63,895 nt of DNA, from contig CAZDDU010000003.1 in assembly GCA_964504255.1 (NCBI GenBank), forward strand, positions 1-63,895, given 5' to 3'. Positions 26,753 through 35,775 of this stretch are shown here, piece after piece (within the stretch, counting starts at the first letter, position 1; each line of letters starts with the position of its first letter). The notes under the pieces were generated by a model that was not told the DNA's origin, ran no database searches, and saw only the letters and a list, made by a program, of their open reading frames with translations. The position numbers and the translations under genes are program-made. The DNA is from an uncultured Candidatus Saccharibacteria bacterium. Its GTDB lineage: Bacteria > Patescibacteriota > Minisyncoccia > Phycocordibacterales > Zambryskibacteraceae.

Positions 26753-27010
26753 ATGAGAAAGTACTTAAGTGAGCTCCATACCAAGCCAAGACATCACAAG
26801 AGGAGATTTGCCTTCCTTGTTTCTGCTGTTGTCACACTTTCTATATTTGCTATCTGGTCTGGGGTCAAATTTGGTGCGAAGCCGATCGTTGTGAAGAAGG
26901 AGACCGGCACTGTGAATCTCGCTTCAGCTTCGAGTCAAAATAGTTTGGATAAGGTGGTCGGCTCACTCAAAAACTCTTGGAAGAATCTAATAACCAGTGA
27001 TGACAGATAA
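26753..27010 (+). CDS. Small membrane protein
   Basis: [25 protein letters not shown] single TM helix, upstream of gyrA. Confidence 0.7.
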   Translation: MRKYLSELHTKPRHHKRRFAFLVSAVVTLSIFAIWSGVKFGAKPIVVKKETGTVNLASASSQNSLDKVVGSLKNSWKNLITSDDR

Positions 27011-29438
27011 CACCGAAGACAGTAAGAGAGTAGTCTCACGTTCGATCGTCTCTGAGATGAAGGACTCCTTTATCGACTACGCGATGTCGGTTATTACAGA
27101 CCGCGCTCTTCCTGATGTAAGGGATGGTCTTAAACCAGTGCACCGTCGCATTCTCTATGCAATGCATCAGATTGGTCTAACCGCTTCAGCCAAGACAAGG
27201 AAGAGTGCTACCGTAGTCGGAGAGGTGCTAGGAAGTTACCATCCACACGGCGATGCCTCAGTGTATGACGCCATGGTCAAGCTTGCTCAAGAGTTCTCTA
27301 CTCGTTATCCACTCGTTATTGGTCAAGGTAACTTTGGTTCTATCGACGGAGACGGAGCTGCTGCCTACCGATACACCGAAGCCAAGATGAGCAGGCTCGC
27401 ACAAGAGCTCTTGGGAGATATAGAGAAGGATACTGTTAACTTCCGCCCTAACTATGACGGTACCAAGAAGGAACCCGTAGTCCTACCTAGTGCTGCACCG
27501 AACCTCTTGCTCAACGGTACTCTTGGTATTGCTGTCGGTATGGCGACAAACATTCCACCTCACAACTTAAATGAGGTTGTAGATGCGACAGTGATGCTTC
27601 TAAACGACCCAGAGGCGACAACTGAAGATCTGCTCGAGTTTGTGAAGGGTCCCGACTTCCCAACTGGAGGCATTATTTATAACCAGAAGGATATTGCTCA
27701 TGCATACGCCACTGGTCGAGGAGGAATACTTACTCGTGGAGTAGCAGAGATAGTGGACGACGGTAAGATCGAGCAGATCATCATTACCGAGATTCCTTAT
27801 AGGGTAAACAAAGCCACTCTTATAGAAAAGATTGCTGAGTTACACAGAGAGAAGAAGGTTGAGGGGATCAAAGCACTTCGCGATGAGTCAACAAAAGACA
27901 TTCGAATTGTGATTGACCTAAAGCAGGGTAGTCAGCCACAAAAGGTCTTGAATGCACTATACAAACACACCCAACTCGAGGACACCTTCCATGTGAACTT
28001 GGTTGCGCTTGTAGACGGTGTGCCACAGACCATGTCTTTGAAGGGCATACTCGAGAGCTTCGTGAAGCATAGAGACGAGGTGATAAGAAGGAGAAGTGCC
28101 TTCGATCTCGCACAAGCCGAGGCAAGAGAACACATTCTTCTTGGACTCAAGAAGGCTCTAGACCATATAGACGAGATAGTGAAGCTTATACGTGCGTCGA
28201 AAACTGTGGATGATGCAAGAGCAGGATTGATGAAGACCTTCAAGTTCTCTGAACTTCAGGCCAATGCCATTCTTGAGATGAGACTGCAGAAGTTAGCCGG
28301 TCTCGAGAGGAAGAAGATTGAAGACGAACTTAAGGAAGTGCAGGCCCTCATTGCTTATCTCAAAGACCTTTTGTCATCTGATAAAAAGATTCGTAATTTA
28401 ATAAAGGAAGAGTTGCTCAAGGTTGAAGAGAAGTACGGTGACGAGCGTCGCACTAAGGTTATTAAGGGCGGGGTGAAGAATATCTCAATGGAGGACTTGA
28501 TCCCTGACGAAGAGCAGGCAATAGTGCTCACCTCAGGTGGTTACATCAAGCGCACAGACCCGCACGAATACAAGAGGCAGAAGCGTGGAGGTGTCGGAGT
28601 GGTGGACCTCGATACTAAAGAAGAGGATTTCGTTACGAACTTCCTTGTTGCTTCTACTCACTCAGACCTACTCTTCTTCACCGACAAGGGTAAGGCGTAT
28701 CAGATCAAGATGTATGACATTCCTGAGGCCAAGCGTGCAACTCGCGGCAAGTCTATTATGAACTTCATCAACCTCAGTGCAGAGGAGAAGGTGACCTCGA
28801 TTCTCGCCATGCCTAAGGATGCGAAGAACATCGAAGGCTCGCTCGTGCTTATAACCAAGGATGGTACAGGTAAGCGTGTTTCCGCCAAGTCTTTTACCGA
28901 TGTTAGGTCGAGCGGGATCATCGCAATACGCCTTGATGCTGGTGACAAGCTTGTCGCAGTAGGTCACGCGGAGAAGGGTGACACAGTGTCTCTCGTCACT
29001 AAGGAGGGTATGTCTATACGATTCAAGGACTCTGACATTCGTGAGATGGGACGCACTGCAGGAGGCGTTAGAGCAATATCACTTGATAAGAAGGACGAGG
29101 TTATCGGGGCGCACGTTATTAAAGGTGCTTGGAAGAACGCGCACCTGCTTGTCATCTCGGCCAACGGTTATGGTAAGAGAACAGAGCTTGATGAATATAA
29201 GATCCAGGGTAGAGGCGGAAGTGGAATACTAACATCTAAAGTGACAGACAAGACCGGAGAGGTGATGGCGAGTCAGATTGTGACAGAGGAAGAGTCGGAG
29301 GTGATAGCCATTTCTAAGAAGTCTCAAGTGGTGCGGGTGGACATTGCAGAAGTGCCAGTACTTGGAAGATCAACTCAAGGAGTGAGGATAATGAAGCTTC
29401 GTGATGGTGACTCTCTCGCATCTCTCATTTGTTTGTAA
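27000..29438 (+). CDS. gyrA: DNA gyrase subunit A
   Basis: [34 protein letters not shown], GyrA-box QKRGGVG and C-terminal beta-pinwheel repeats. Confidence 0.97.
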   Translation: MTDNTEDSKRVVSRSIVSEMKDSFIDYAMSVITDRALPDVRDGLKPVHRRILYAMHQIGLTASAKTRKSATVVGEVLGSYHPHGDASVYDAMVKLAQEFSTRYPLVIGQGNFGSIDGDGAAAYRYTEAKMSRLAQELLGDIEKDTVNFRPNYDGTKKEPVVLPSAAPNLLLNGTLGIAVGMATNIPPHNLNEVVDATVMLLNDPEATTEDLLEFVKGPDFPTGGIIYNQKDIAHAYATGRGGILTRGVAEIVDDGKIEQIIITEIPYRVNKATLIEKIAELHREKKVEGIKALRDESTKDIRIVIDLKQGSQPQKVLNALYKHTQLEDTFHVNLVALVDGVPQTMSLKGILESFVKHRDEVIRRRSAFDLAQAEAREHILLGLKKALDHIDEIVKLIRASKTVDDARAGLMKTFKFSELQANAILEMRLQKLAGLERKKIEDELKEVQALIAYLKDLLSSDKKIRNLIKEELLKVEEKYGDERRTKVIKGGVKNISMEDLIPDEEQAIVLTSGGYIKRTDPHEYKRQKRGGVGVVDLDTKEEDFVTNFLVASTHSDLLFFTDKGKAYQIKMYDIPEAKRATRGKSIMNFINLSAEEKVTSILAMPKDAKNIEGSLVLITKDGTGKRVSAKSFTDVRSSGIIAIRLDAGDKLVAVGHAEKGDTVSLVTKEGMSIRFKDSDIREMGRTAGGVRAISLDKKDEVIGAHVIKGAWKNAHLLVISANGYGKRTELDEYKIQGRGGSGILTSKVTDKTGEVMASQIVTEEESEVIAISKKSQVVRVDIAEVPVLGRSTQGVRIMKLRDGDSLASLICL

Positions 29439-29463
29439 AAGTTTAAACATATAAAAAAGATCA

Positions 29464-29494
29464 GCCCCGCCTGCACAGTGTGTGCGAGCGGGGC
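29464..29494 (-). terminator. Terminator hairpin, copy 1 of a 31-bp repeat
   Basis: GCCCCGCCTGCACAGTGTGTGCGAGCGGGGC, 29/31 identical to 30070-30100. Confidence 0.75.
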
Positions 29495-29501
29495 TTGTTG
29501 A

Positions 29502-29951
29502 TCATCGTCGAGAGATCGTCACGACCGTCTCGGTCGACTTCATGAAGCGATCGATGCAGCCGAACTTGACCGTGGTGGTCTTGCCGGGGGCAGGGTACCA
29601 GCGGTGGTTCGGGTCGATCGAGAAGTTCGATTCGAGGGTGATCCCAGTCGCCGGTTCGTTGTCGGCCGGGTTGTCCACCTGGCAGGCCGTAGCTCGGCTT
29701 GCCTTGAAGAAGAGGTCGACCTTCTCGCCGGAGTTCACCTCGAAGTTTGGTCGGGCCGCGCTCGAGTTGTGATCCATGATGAACGAGTTGTAGCTCGTGC
29801 TCGTGGATGCATTCGTCCGAGTAACCTCGATCACCGGCACGGCGACCTGGATCTTGGTCTGCGCCTCCGCCCGTTCCGCGATGAGTGGGATCAGGATGAT
29901 GGCGAAGATGAGGGTGAGGGGCATGAGCCACAGGGAGTTCGAGTTCTTCAC
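29502..29951 (-). CDS. Secreted single-domain protein homologous to the Ig-like repeats of 11203-13155
   Basis: SD AAAGGAG then GTG at 29951; signal peptide; ATACQ...GITL...WYP..G.TTT.KFGCID. Promoter TTGACA-17-TATGAT. Confidence 0.7.
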   Translation of the reverse strand: MKNSNSLWLMPLTLIFAIILIPLIAERAEAQTKIQVAVPVIEVTRTNASTSTSYNSFIMDHNSSAARPNFEVNSGEKVDLFFKASRATACQVDNPADNEPATGITLESNFSIDPNHRWYPAPGKTTTVKFGCIDRFMKSTETVVTISRR

Positions 29952-30069
29952 TGACTTCTCCTTTCTATGAGGGGTACAGAGTTGGTCGAGGAATTCGACC
30001 AATACTTTGTATATCATACACACAAATTAGTATTTTGTCAATCCAGTAATAAATATATAAAAGTTGAAA

Positions 30070-30100
30070 GCCCCGCTTGCACAGTGTGTGCAAGCGGGGC
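30070..30100 (-). terminator. Terminator hairpin, copy 2 of a 31-bp repeat
   Basis: Perfect 13-bp stem GCCCCGCTTGCAC/GTGCAAGCGGGGC. Confidence 0.78.
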
Positions 30101-30141
30101 TTGTGCCTCTCTGCGAGCGTTAGCTCACAAGGAGGTCTTGG

Positions 30142-30600
30142 TCAACATCGGCTCACGATGTTCCGATCGACGAGGGAGATGGCCTTGTCGTCGTTCTTCG
30201 CCGCCGCCGGGTACCCCATGGTACTTCGCGTGTTGATCGCCGCCGCCTTCTTCACCTTCCGCGAATTCATACGGGTGGACGAGGTGGGCATGGCCGCGAG
30301 ATCGCCCGAAGGGCTCACCTCCTGGTCGACGACGACCATGGTGGCGGCGAGACGGGAGACGTTGTACGTGCGATGCTCGGAGAGACCGACCATCTTGAGG
30401 TCGGGCATCGCCGGGTTGGAGGTGAGGATGAAGTTGAGGGACGAGAACTGCTCGGCGTCCGTCACCATGGCGGTGCCGGGGTCGATCGGCGTCTTGGCGT
30501 CGAAGAAGTCCTTGGACTTCCTGGTCTCGGCAGCCGCGGTCGGCGGCATGGCGAGCGAAACGGCGATCAGCGCGAGGGGCAGGAGACGCTTCAGCATCAT
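30142..30600 (-). CDS. GC-rich hypothetical secreted protein
   Basis: GGAG SD; signal peptide MMLKRLLPLALIAVSLAMPPTAAA; promoter TTTACA...TATCAT. Confidence 0.65.
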   Translation of the reverse strand: MMLKRLLPLALIAVSLAMPPTAAAETRKSKDFFDAKTPIDPGTAMVTDAEQFSSLNFILTSNPAMPDLKMVGLSEHRTYNVSRLAATMVVVDQEVSPSGDLAAMPTSSTRMNSRKVKKAAAINTRSTMGYPAAAKNDDKAISLVDRNIVSRC

Positions 30601-30705
30601 GTGCACACTCCGTGTGTGAAAGGTACAAGCAATGATCGACCTTGTTCGATCATTCTGCGAAGTATGATACCCTAATATAAATATTTGTAAAGCGAGGTAT
30701 AAAAA

Positions 30706-30737
30706 TGCCCTGATTCCGAATCTTCGGAATCAGGGCA
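30706..30737 (-). terminator. Intrinsic terminator
   Basis: TGCCCTGATTCCGA/TCGGAATCAGGGCA 14-bp stem, with a T-tract on the minus strand. Confidence 0.8.
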
Positions 30738-30757
30738 GGCCTGAGGATTCAGGGCTC

Positions 30758-31006
30758 CTAGTTGTTAGAAATGCTCCGGGTGAAGAAGCATATGCCGTCT
30801 GTGTGTAGGAGCTTGGCTGTAGCATGCTCAGCGACATGATCGGGGACGGGGGCACCTCTTGGTACGAAGATGGGTCGATCGTCGAGATCGTTCGCGATCT
30901 TGAGACTTCCATCTTCTATGTAGTGTAGACCCCTGTCCTTGCGAACGACCTGTCGAAGTTTGCCTAGGGTGGTGGCGGAATCCCGGGTTTCCGTCGATGT
31001 TGGCAT
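30758..31006 (-). CDS. Small hypothetical protein (82 aa)
   Basis: Start reassigned to ATG 31006 (GAGGG upstream); promoter TTGACA-17-TATTAT. Confidence 0.55.
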   Translation of the reverse strand: MPTSTETRDSATTLGKLRQVVRKDRGLHYIEDGSLKIANDLDDRPIFVPRGAPVPDHVAEHATAKLLHTDGICFFTRSISNN

Positions 31007-31126
31007 TTCTTGACTACCCTCTTGCATGTGGTTTGAACTGTACTGCGGGGAACAACTCCATTTATAATAATAATCCATTTTTACCCTTTTGTCAAATGTG
31101 GATAAGGTTAGTGTTATAATAATCTC

Positions 31127-31669
31127 ATGTTCAGTGACCCAAAGAAGAATGTTATAGAGTTCGGCTTCATCCCCGGGCAGAGGGTGGTCGACTTGGGGAG
31201 TGGCGCAGGACACTATTCTCTCGCCCTTTCGGCTTCTCTGGGAGAGGGGGGCAAGGTGGTTGCGGTAGACATAGACAAACCCCTACTTTCTAAACTTAAG
31301 AATGAATCAATTCTTCTTGGACAGACGAACGTCGATGTCCTCGACGGTAATATAGAGAAGATGGGCGGGGTGAAGCTCCGTGACGGATACTCAGATGGTG
31401 TCGTATTCTCTAATGTGTTGTTCCAGTTAAATAGTATCCCCACCGCACTTGATGAGGCGAAGAGGTTGCTCAAACCAGGAGGTAAGGCCTGTGTCGTTGA
31501 GTGGACTGACCTTACGGTGCTTACTGGCAAAAAGGACTTCATCCAAGGCAAGGCCATAACCGAAGTAGATACGAAAAAGTTTTTCGAAAAGGCTGGGTTC
31601 GTCTTCGAGAGGAGCTTCAACGCAGGGGAGAAGCACTATGGTCTAATCTTTAAGAAACCTCTACAATAG
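31127..31669 (+). CDS. Class I SAM-dependent methyltransferase
   Basis: VVDLGSGAG, VVAVDID and LLKPGG. Confidence 0.88.
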   Translation: MFSDPKKNVIEFGFIPGQRVVDLGSGAGHYSLALSASLGEGGKVVAVDIDKPLLSKLKNESILLGQTNVDVLDGNIEKMGGVKLRDGYSDGVVFSNVLFQLNSIPTALDEAKRLLKPGGKACVVEWTDLTVLTGKKDFIQGKAITEVDTKKFFEKAGFVFERSFNAGEKHYGLIFKKPLQ

Positions 31670-31675
31670 AATCAA

Positions 31676-32959
31676 ATGTCGAAATTTCAAGTAGTGCTCT
31701 TGGTTGTCTTCGGAGCCTTCATTGTCATTGCTGTCATCCTCTTCTCACAGAGCAGGGGCAGCAGCGTCTCTAAGACCAACTTAACTATCTGGGGTTCGCT
31801 TTCTAGTTACGACTTCCGTGAGTTAGTCAGTACCGCCACTCAGTTGAAGGATGGCACAGTCACTTATAATTATGTAGAGAAGTCAGAGAGTACATTGTCC
31901 AAGGATTTTACCGACGCTTTGGCGGTGGGTAAGGGACCAGATCTAATAATTCTCGGAGTGGATAGTGTAATGTCCGAGAGAGAGAAGCTCATGCTTATCC
32001 CGAATGAGAGTGTGAAGCCGGCCGACTATGCCTCTACCTTTATTAAGGAGGCCGAGCTCTTCCAGACACCTCTTGGTACCTACGCTCTTCCACTCTACGT
32101 AGATCCGATGGTTATGTATTGGAATAGAGAGATGTTCGCCAAGGCATCACTTGCAGTTCCTCCTGTGTATTGGGACCAAATTTATACATATATTACTAAG
32201 TTGACCACTAAGGATGGTGCGGGGAATGTCATCCAGTCTGCAATGGCTCTCGGCGAGGCCAAGAACATTCCTCATGTGAAGGAGATTATGACCCTACTCC
32301 TTCTTCAGGCCGGTACACCGGTTACTATTTCTTCGGGTGAGAGTCTGCGCTCTACTCTACTCGAGAGTACTGGTGGTGCCCAGATACCAAGTTTCTCCGC
32401 GCTTGAGTTCTATACTCAGTTCGCCAATCCACAAAAGTCCTATTACTCTTGGAACCGCTCACAGGTGTCTGCAGAGAACCACTTTACCAGTGGTAAGAGT
32501 GGTATGTACTTAGGTTTCGCAAGCGAGTTACCAATACTTAAGGCGAAGAACCCAACCATGGACATTGGAGTTTCTCCAGTGCCTCAGTCCAGGGCTTCTG
32601 GGAAGAGCATTACGGCAGGCAAATTATTTGGTATTGCTCTCGTCCGATCCACCAGAGACCCAGCAGGCGCTATATTGGGTGCACTTGCACTAGTGTCCAA
32701 TGAGTCTGTGAGTGTGCTTACGAAGATCACACCAGTCATACCTGCTAGAAGAGACTTGTTGTCGTTAACACCTACGGATCCAGCGGGCTTCACCTTCTAC
32801 GGAGCAGCTCTCCAGTCTGCCTGGTGGCGAGATCCAGAGCCCAAGGAGACGAGAAAGATCTTTGTCGAGATGGTCGAGGCGGTTACCTCTGGTCGTGCCA
32901 GAGTAGATGAGGCAGTCAGTACCGCTAACACCGCTCTTAATAACTTGTTAGAAAAATAA
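31676..32959 (+). CDS. Extracellular solute-binding protein (sugar ABC-type fold), membrane-anchored
   Basis: N-terminal TM helix, GKGPDLII, YALPLYVDPMVMYWNREMF and FTSGKSGMYLG. Confidence 0.8.
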   Translation: MSKFQVVLLVVFGAFIVIAVILFSQSRGSSVSKTNLTIWGSLSSYDFRELVSTATQLKDGTVTYNYVEKSESTLSKDFTDALAVGKGPDLIILGVDSVMSEREKLMLIPNESVKPADYASTFIKEAELFQTPLGTYALPLYVDPMVMYWNREMFAKASLAVPPVYWDQIYTYITKLTTKDGAGNVIQSAMALGEAKNIPHVKEIMTLLLLQAGTPVTISSGESLRSTLLESTGGAQIPSFSALEFYTQFANPQKSYYSWNRSQVSAENHFTSGKSGMYLGFASELPILKAKNPTMDIGVSPVPQSRASGKSITAGKLFGIALVRSTRDPAGAILGALALVSNESVSVLTKITPVIPARRDLLSLTPTDPAGFTFYGAALQSAWWRDPEPKETRKIFVEMVEAVTSGRARVDEAVSTANTALNNLLEK

Positions 32960-32962
32960 TTT

Positions 32963-33289
32963 ATGGACCGCATCTGGCAACCACTTATAGTTTGCGACGG
33001 AGCATTGGGAACGAGTGATCCTTGTGGCTACGATGACTTGATCGAGCTTGCAAATGTGATTATCAATAACTTTACAGTGATTGCTGTACTAGGTGCTTCT
33101 ATCGCCTTTATCTATGTTGGTATCAAGTTGCTTACCTCAGGGGGAGATGTGGGAGCGATGAAAGACGCCAAGGATACAGGCACCAATGTTCTTAAGGGTT
33201 TGTTTTTCGTCCTCGCCGCTTGGGTAATTGTAAAGACTATTACCACAGTCTTGCTTAGCGAGGAATTCTTAAGTGGTAGTATAATTTAG
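32963..33289 (+). CDS. VirB2/TrbC-like pilin 1
   Basis: Two TM helices with a GIKLLTSGGD...KDAK loop typical of CPR pilins. Confidence 0.75.
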   Translation: MDRIWQPLIVCDGALGTSDPCGYDDLIELANVIINNFTVIAVLGASIAFIYVGIKLLTSGGDVGAMKDAKDTGTNVLKGLFFVLAAWVIVKTITTVLLSEEFLSGSII

Positions 33290-33291
33290 AC

Positions 33292-33681
33292 ATGAGAAAA
33301 TTTGTCCCACATTTGTTTGCCTTCCTCATAGTGTTTTCTATTGGAGTAACTTTAGTTAGTGCTCAGTCAGGTGGAAGAACAGGGACAAACAGTGGTTCAA
33401 TACCCAATCCATTCAACTGTGGTGGTGCTGGGGGGGATTGTAATCTCTTTATGTTCATCAATACTATTGTGGATAAGGTTCTTATCCCAATTGGTGGGGT
33501 CTTGGTGATCTTGTCCTTCATCTACTCTGGGTTTATGTATGTCATGGCACAGGGTAAGCCAGGCGACATCGAGAAGGCCAACAGAGCACTTCTCTACACA
33601 GCTATTGGTGCAGCTATTCTTCTAGGAGCAAAGGTCCTCACCACCGTTATAGAGAATACTGTTAACTCACTTAGAGCATAA
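33292..33681 (+). CDS. VirB2/TrbC-like pilin 2
   Basis: Signal peptide; IYSGFMYVMAQG...EKA..AL.Y..IG. Confidence 0.78.
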   Translation: MRKFVPHLFAFLIVFSIGVTLVSAQSGGRTGTNSGSIPNPFNCGGAGGDCNLFMFINTIVDKVLIPIGGVLVILSFIYSGFMYVMAQGKPGDIEKANRALLYTAIGAAILLGAKVLTTVIENTVNSLRA

Positions 33682-33968
33682 TGCCCACAGATCTAAGAAG
33701 TTTAATAAACATCTTTCTCGGGTTAATTAACCCACTTATTTTGGTCTTGGCAGGGCTTTCACTACTCATGTTCTTTAGAGGACTACTCAACTTTATTGTT
33801 AAGTCAGATGACACCAAGAGTCTTGAGGAAGGGAAGGAGATGATGAAGTGGGGGCTCATAGGTCTCTTCGTCATGGTATCTATCTGGGGGATACTCACCA
33901 CCTTCACCACCACCTTTGGCTTCGGACAAATGGGTTTCCCGCTACTACCAGAGAACGGTAGAGTGTAA
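33681..33968 (+). CDS. VirB2/TrbC-like pilin 3
   Basis: FFRGLLNFI...EEGKEMMKWGLIGLFVMVSIWG. Confidence 0.78.
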   Translation: MPTDLRSLINIFLGLINPLILVLAGLSLLMFFRGLLNFIVKSDDTKSLEEGKEMMKWGLIGLFVMVSIWGILTTFTTTFGFGQMGFPLLPENGRV

Positions 33969-33980
33969 TAAAATATATTT

Positions 33981-34256
33981 ATGCAAAATTTAAGAACATT
34001 GATATTAGAATTCGGTAACTTGGTGAAGCTGGCTATACCTATAGTGGTTGGTCTAGCACTTCTTGGATTCTTCTGGGGATTAGCTAAGTACATCTTCTCT
34101 CAAGGTAATGAGAAGTCAACAATGGAGGGCAAGAAGGTTATGCTCTACGGCTTAGTGGCACTCTTTGTCATGGTTTCTGTGTGGGGGATTATCGGCTTCT
34201 TCCAGAGGGACTTGAATATCGAAGGAGGTGGTATTATCCAGATTCAGTCTATATAG
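33981..34256 (+). CDS. VirB2/TrbC-like pilin 4
   Basis: FFWGLAKYI...GKKVMLYGLVALFVMVSVWG. Confidence 0.78.
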   Translation: MQNLRTLILEFGNLVKLAIPIVVGLALLGFFWGLAKYIFSQGNEKSTMEGKKVMLYGLVALFVMVSVWGIIGFFQRDLNIEGGGIIQIQSI

Positions 34257-34355
34257 AATCTGTGGAGTACTTGAGTGTGAAGTTGGGGATATAAGGTATT
34301 ATTATAGAGTACCTGTCGCGGTATATTACAAACAATTTACGAATTAAAGTTATAC

Positions 34356-34700
34356 ATGAAAAAGTTACTATACACAGCTCTTGCATTCGGACCAAGCATT
34401 GCTTTCGCTCAGAATCTTGGTGGTGTTGATAGACTTCTAACATCAATTGGTCGTCTAGTTAATGCTGCTACACCGATTGTTGTTGGTCTAGCACTTCTTG
34501 GATTCTTCTGGGGCTTGATGAAGTTCATCTTCGCAGCAGGTAGCGAGGACTCAAAGGCAGATGGTAAGAAGATTATGATCATGGGCATCATTGCTCTCTT
34601 CGTTATGGTTTCAGTCTGGGGTCTAGTTGGATTCATTGCCGGCAACCTAGATCTAGACAACAGTAGTTCTGTTGTTGTTCCATCTGTACCTATAAATTAG
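34356..34700 (+). CDS. VirB2/TrbC-like pilin 5
   Basis: Signal peptide; FFWGLMKFI...GKKIMIMGIIALFVMVSVWG. Confidence 0.78.
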   Translation: MKKLLYTALAFGPSIAFAQNLGGVDRLLTSIGRLVNAATPIVVGLALLGFFWGLMKFIFAAGSEDSKADGKKIMIMGIIALFVMVSVWGLVGFIAGNLDLDNSSSVVVPSVPIN

Positions 34701-34715
34701 ATCTAATCTAATTAG

Positions 34716-34991
34716 ATGGACATCTCTCGGTTCTTAAACAGTGTTAATGCTGTCATCATTAACCCGATCATCGTGCTCGTCTTCGCCATAGCCTTTCTCG
34801 TATTCTTCTGGGGTCTGTATCAATTCATCTCACAGGCGGGGGAGAGCACCAAGAGAGAGGAGGGGAAGAAGAAGATCCTCTACGGGTTAATTGGGATGTT
34901 CGTCATGTTCTCTGCATATGGCTTGATGAAACTAGTTCTCAATACCTTCGGTATCTCGAGCCCGCAATACCTAAACAGCCAAATTAGATAA
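34716..34991 (+). CDS. VirB2/TrbC-like pilin 6
   Basis: FFWGLYQFI...EEGKKKILYGLIGMFVMFSAYG. Confidence 0.78.
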   Translation: MDISRFLNSVNAVIINPIIVLVFAIAFLVFFWGLYQFISQAGESTKREEGKKKILYGLIGMFVMFSAYGLMKLVLNTFGISSPQYLNSQIR

Positions 34992-35674
34992 GTAACAGCC
35001 CCCGCAATGATGCGGGGGCCTTTGTTGGGGTTGATTTGGCTCTCGAGAGGCTTCGTCGACATGAAGATGATGCGGACGGGGTTCTCCTCGAGGGAGACGA
35101 ACTCGACCTTCTTCAAATTCGGTGGGACGAGGGCAGTACCCTTGATGTCCTTCAGGAACTTGATGCTGCCAGTCTGGCCGTTCGTGGTCTCGTAGTTCAT
35201 GGCGTAGGAGACGTACTCCATCCGCTCGAAGACAACCTTCGCGCCCTTGGGGATCTCGATCTGGCGTGAGCCAGTCCTCGTCACCTGGATGGTCAGAGTG
35301 TCGACGAAGCGCTCGGCATCATCCTTCTTCATCAGGTTCGCTTCGGCGATCGCGTTCGCGAGCGCACGAGTAGCATCGGTGTTCTTCACGATCTTGTCAC
35401 CTCGGGTGTAAGTACCCCAGAGGATGAAGATAATGAGTACGCTCATCACGAGCGAACCGAAGACAGATCCCTTCTGAGTGCTTGAGCTTGTCGGTGTCTT
35501 CTTCCCTCGGGACATCTTGATCATGCCCCAGACGAGAAGTGTCGAAACAGCGACGATGCCGAGCGTCCAGAGGAAGATCTTTATGACTGGGATCTCTCTA
35601 CTTTCGACCACATAGATCGAAAGAAGGGGGAAGATCACTGCCAATCCGATCCAGAACACGTTCTTGAACTTCAT
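34880..35674 (-). CDS. GC-rich membrane protein, three TM helices plus an exported domain; the frame runs through its own terminator
   Basis: SD AAGGAG; promoter TTGACA-17-TATTAT. The last ~45 codons cross a terminator hairpin and overlap pilin 6 in antisense. Confidence 0.65.
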   Translation of the reverse strand: MKFKNVFWIGLAVIFPLLSIYVVESREIPVIKIFLWTLGIVAVSTLLVWGMIKMSRGKKTPTSSSTQKGSVFGSLVMSVLIIFILWGTYTRGDKIVKNTDATRALANAIAEANLMKKDDAERFVDTLTIQVTRTGSRQIEIPKGAKVVFERMEYVSYAMNYETTNGQTGSIKFLKDIKGTALVPPNLKKVEFVSLEENPVRIIFMSTKPLESQINPNKGPRIIAGAVTYLIWLFRYCGLEIPKVLRTSFIKPYAENMTNIPINP

Positions 35675-35775
35675 TACTGACTCTCCTTGTGAAAGAATTT
35701 CTTAGTTAATAATAGCACACATTATCATATTTTGTCAAGTAAAAGGCCCAGACGCATTGCGCTGGGCCTGACCCT

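Noticed and set aside
29464-30130. Integron attC sites between the GC-rich cassettes
   Set aside because: The hairpins lack RYYYAAC/GTTRRRY ends and extrahelical bases, the cassettes have their own promoters, and there is no intI. They are better explained as terminators.
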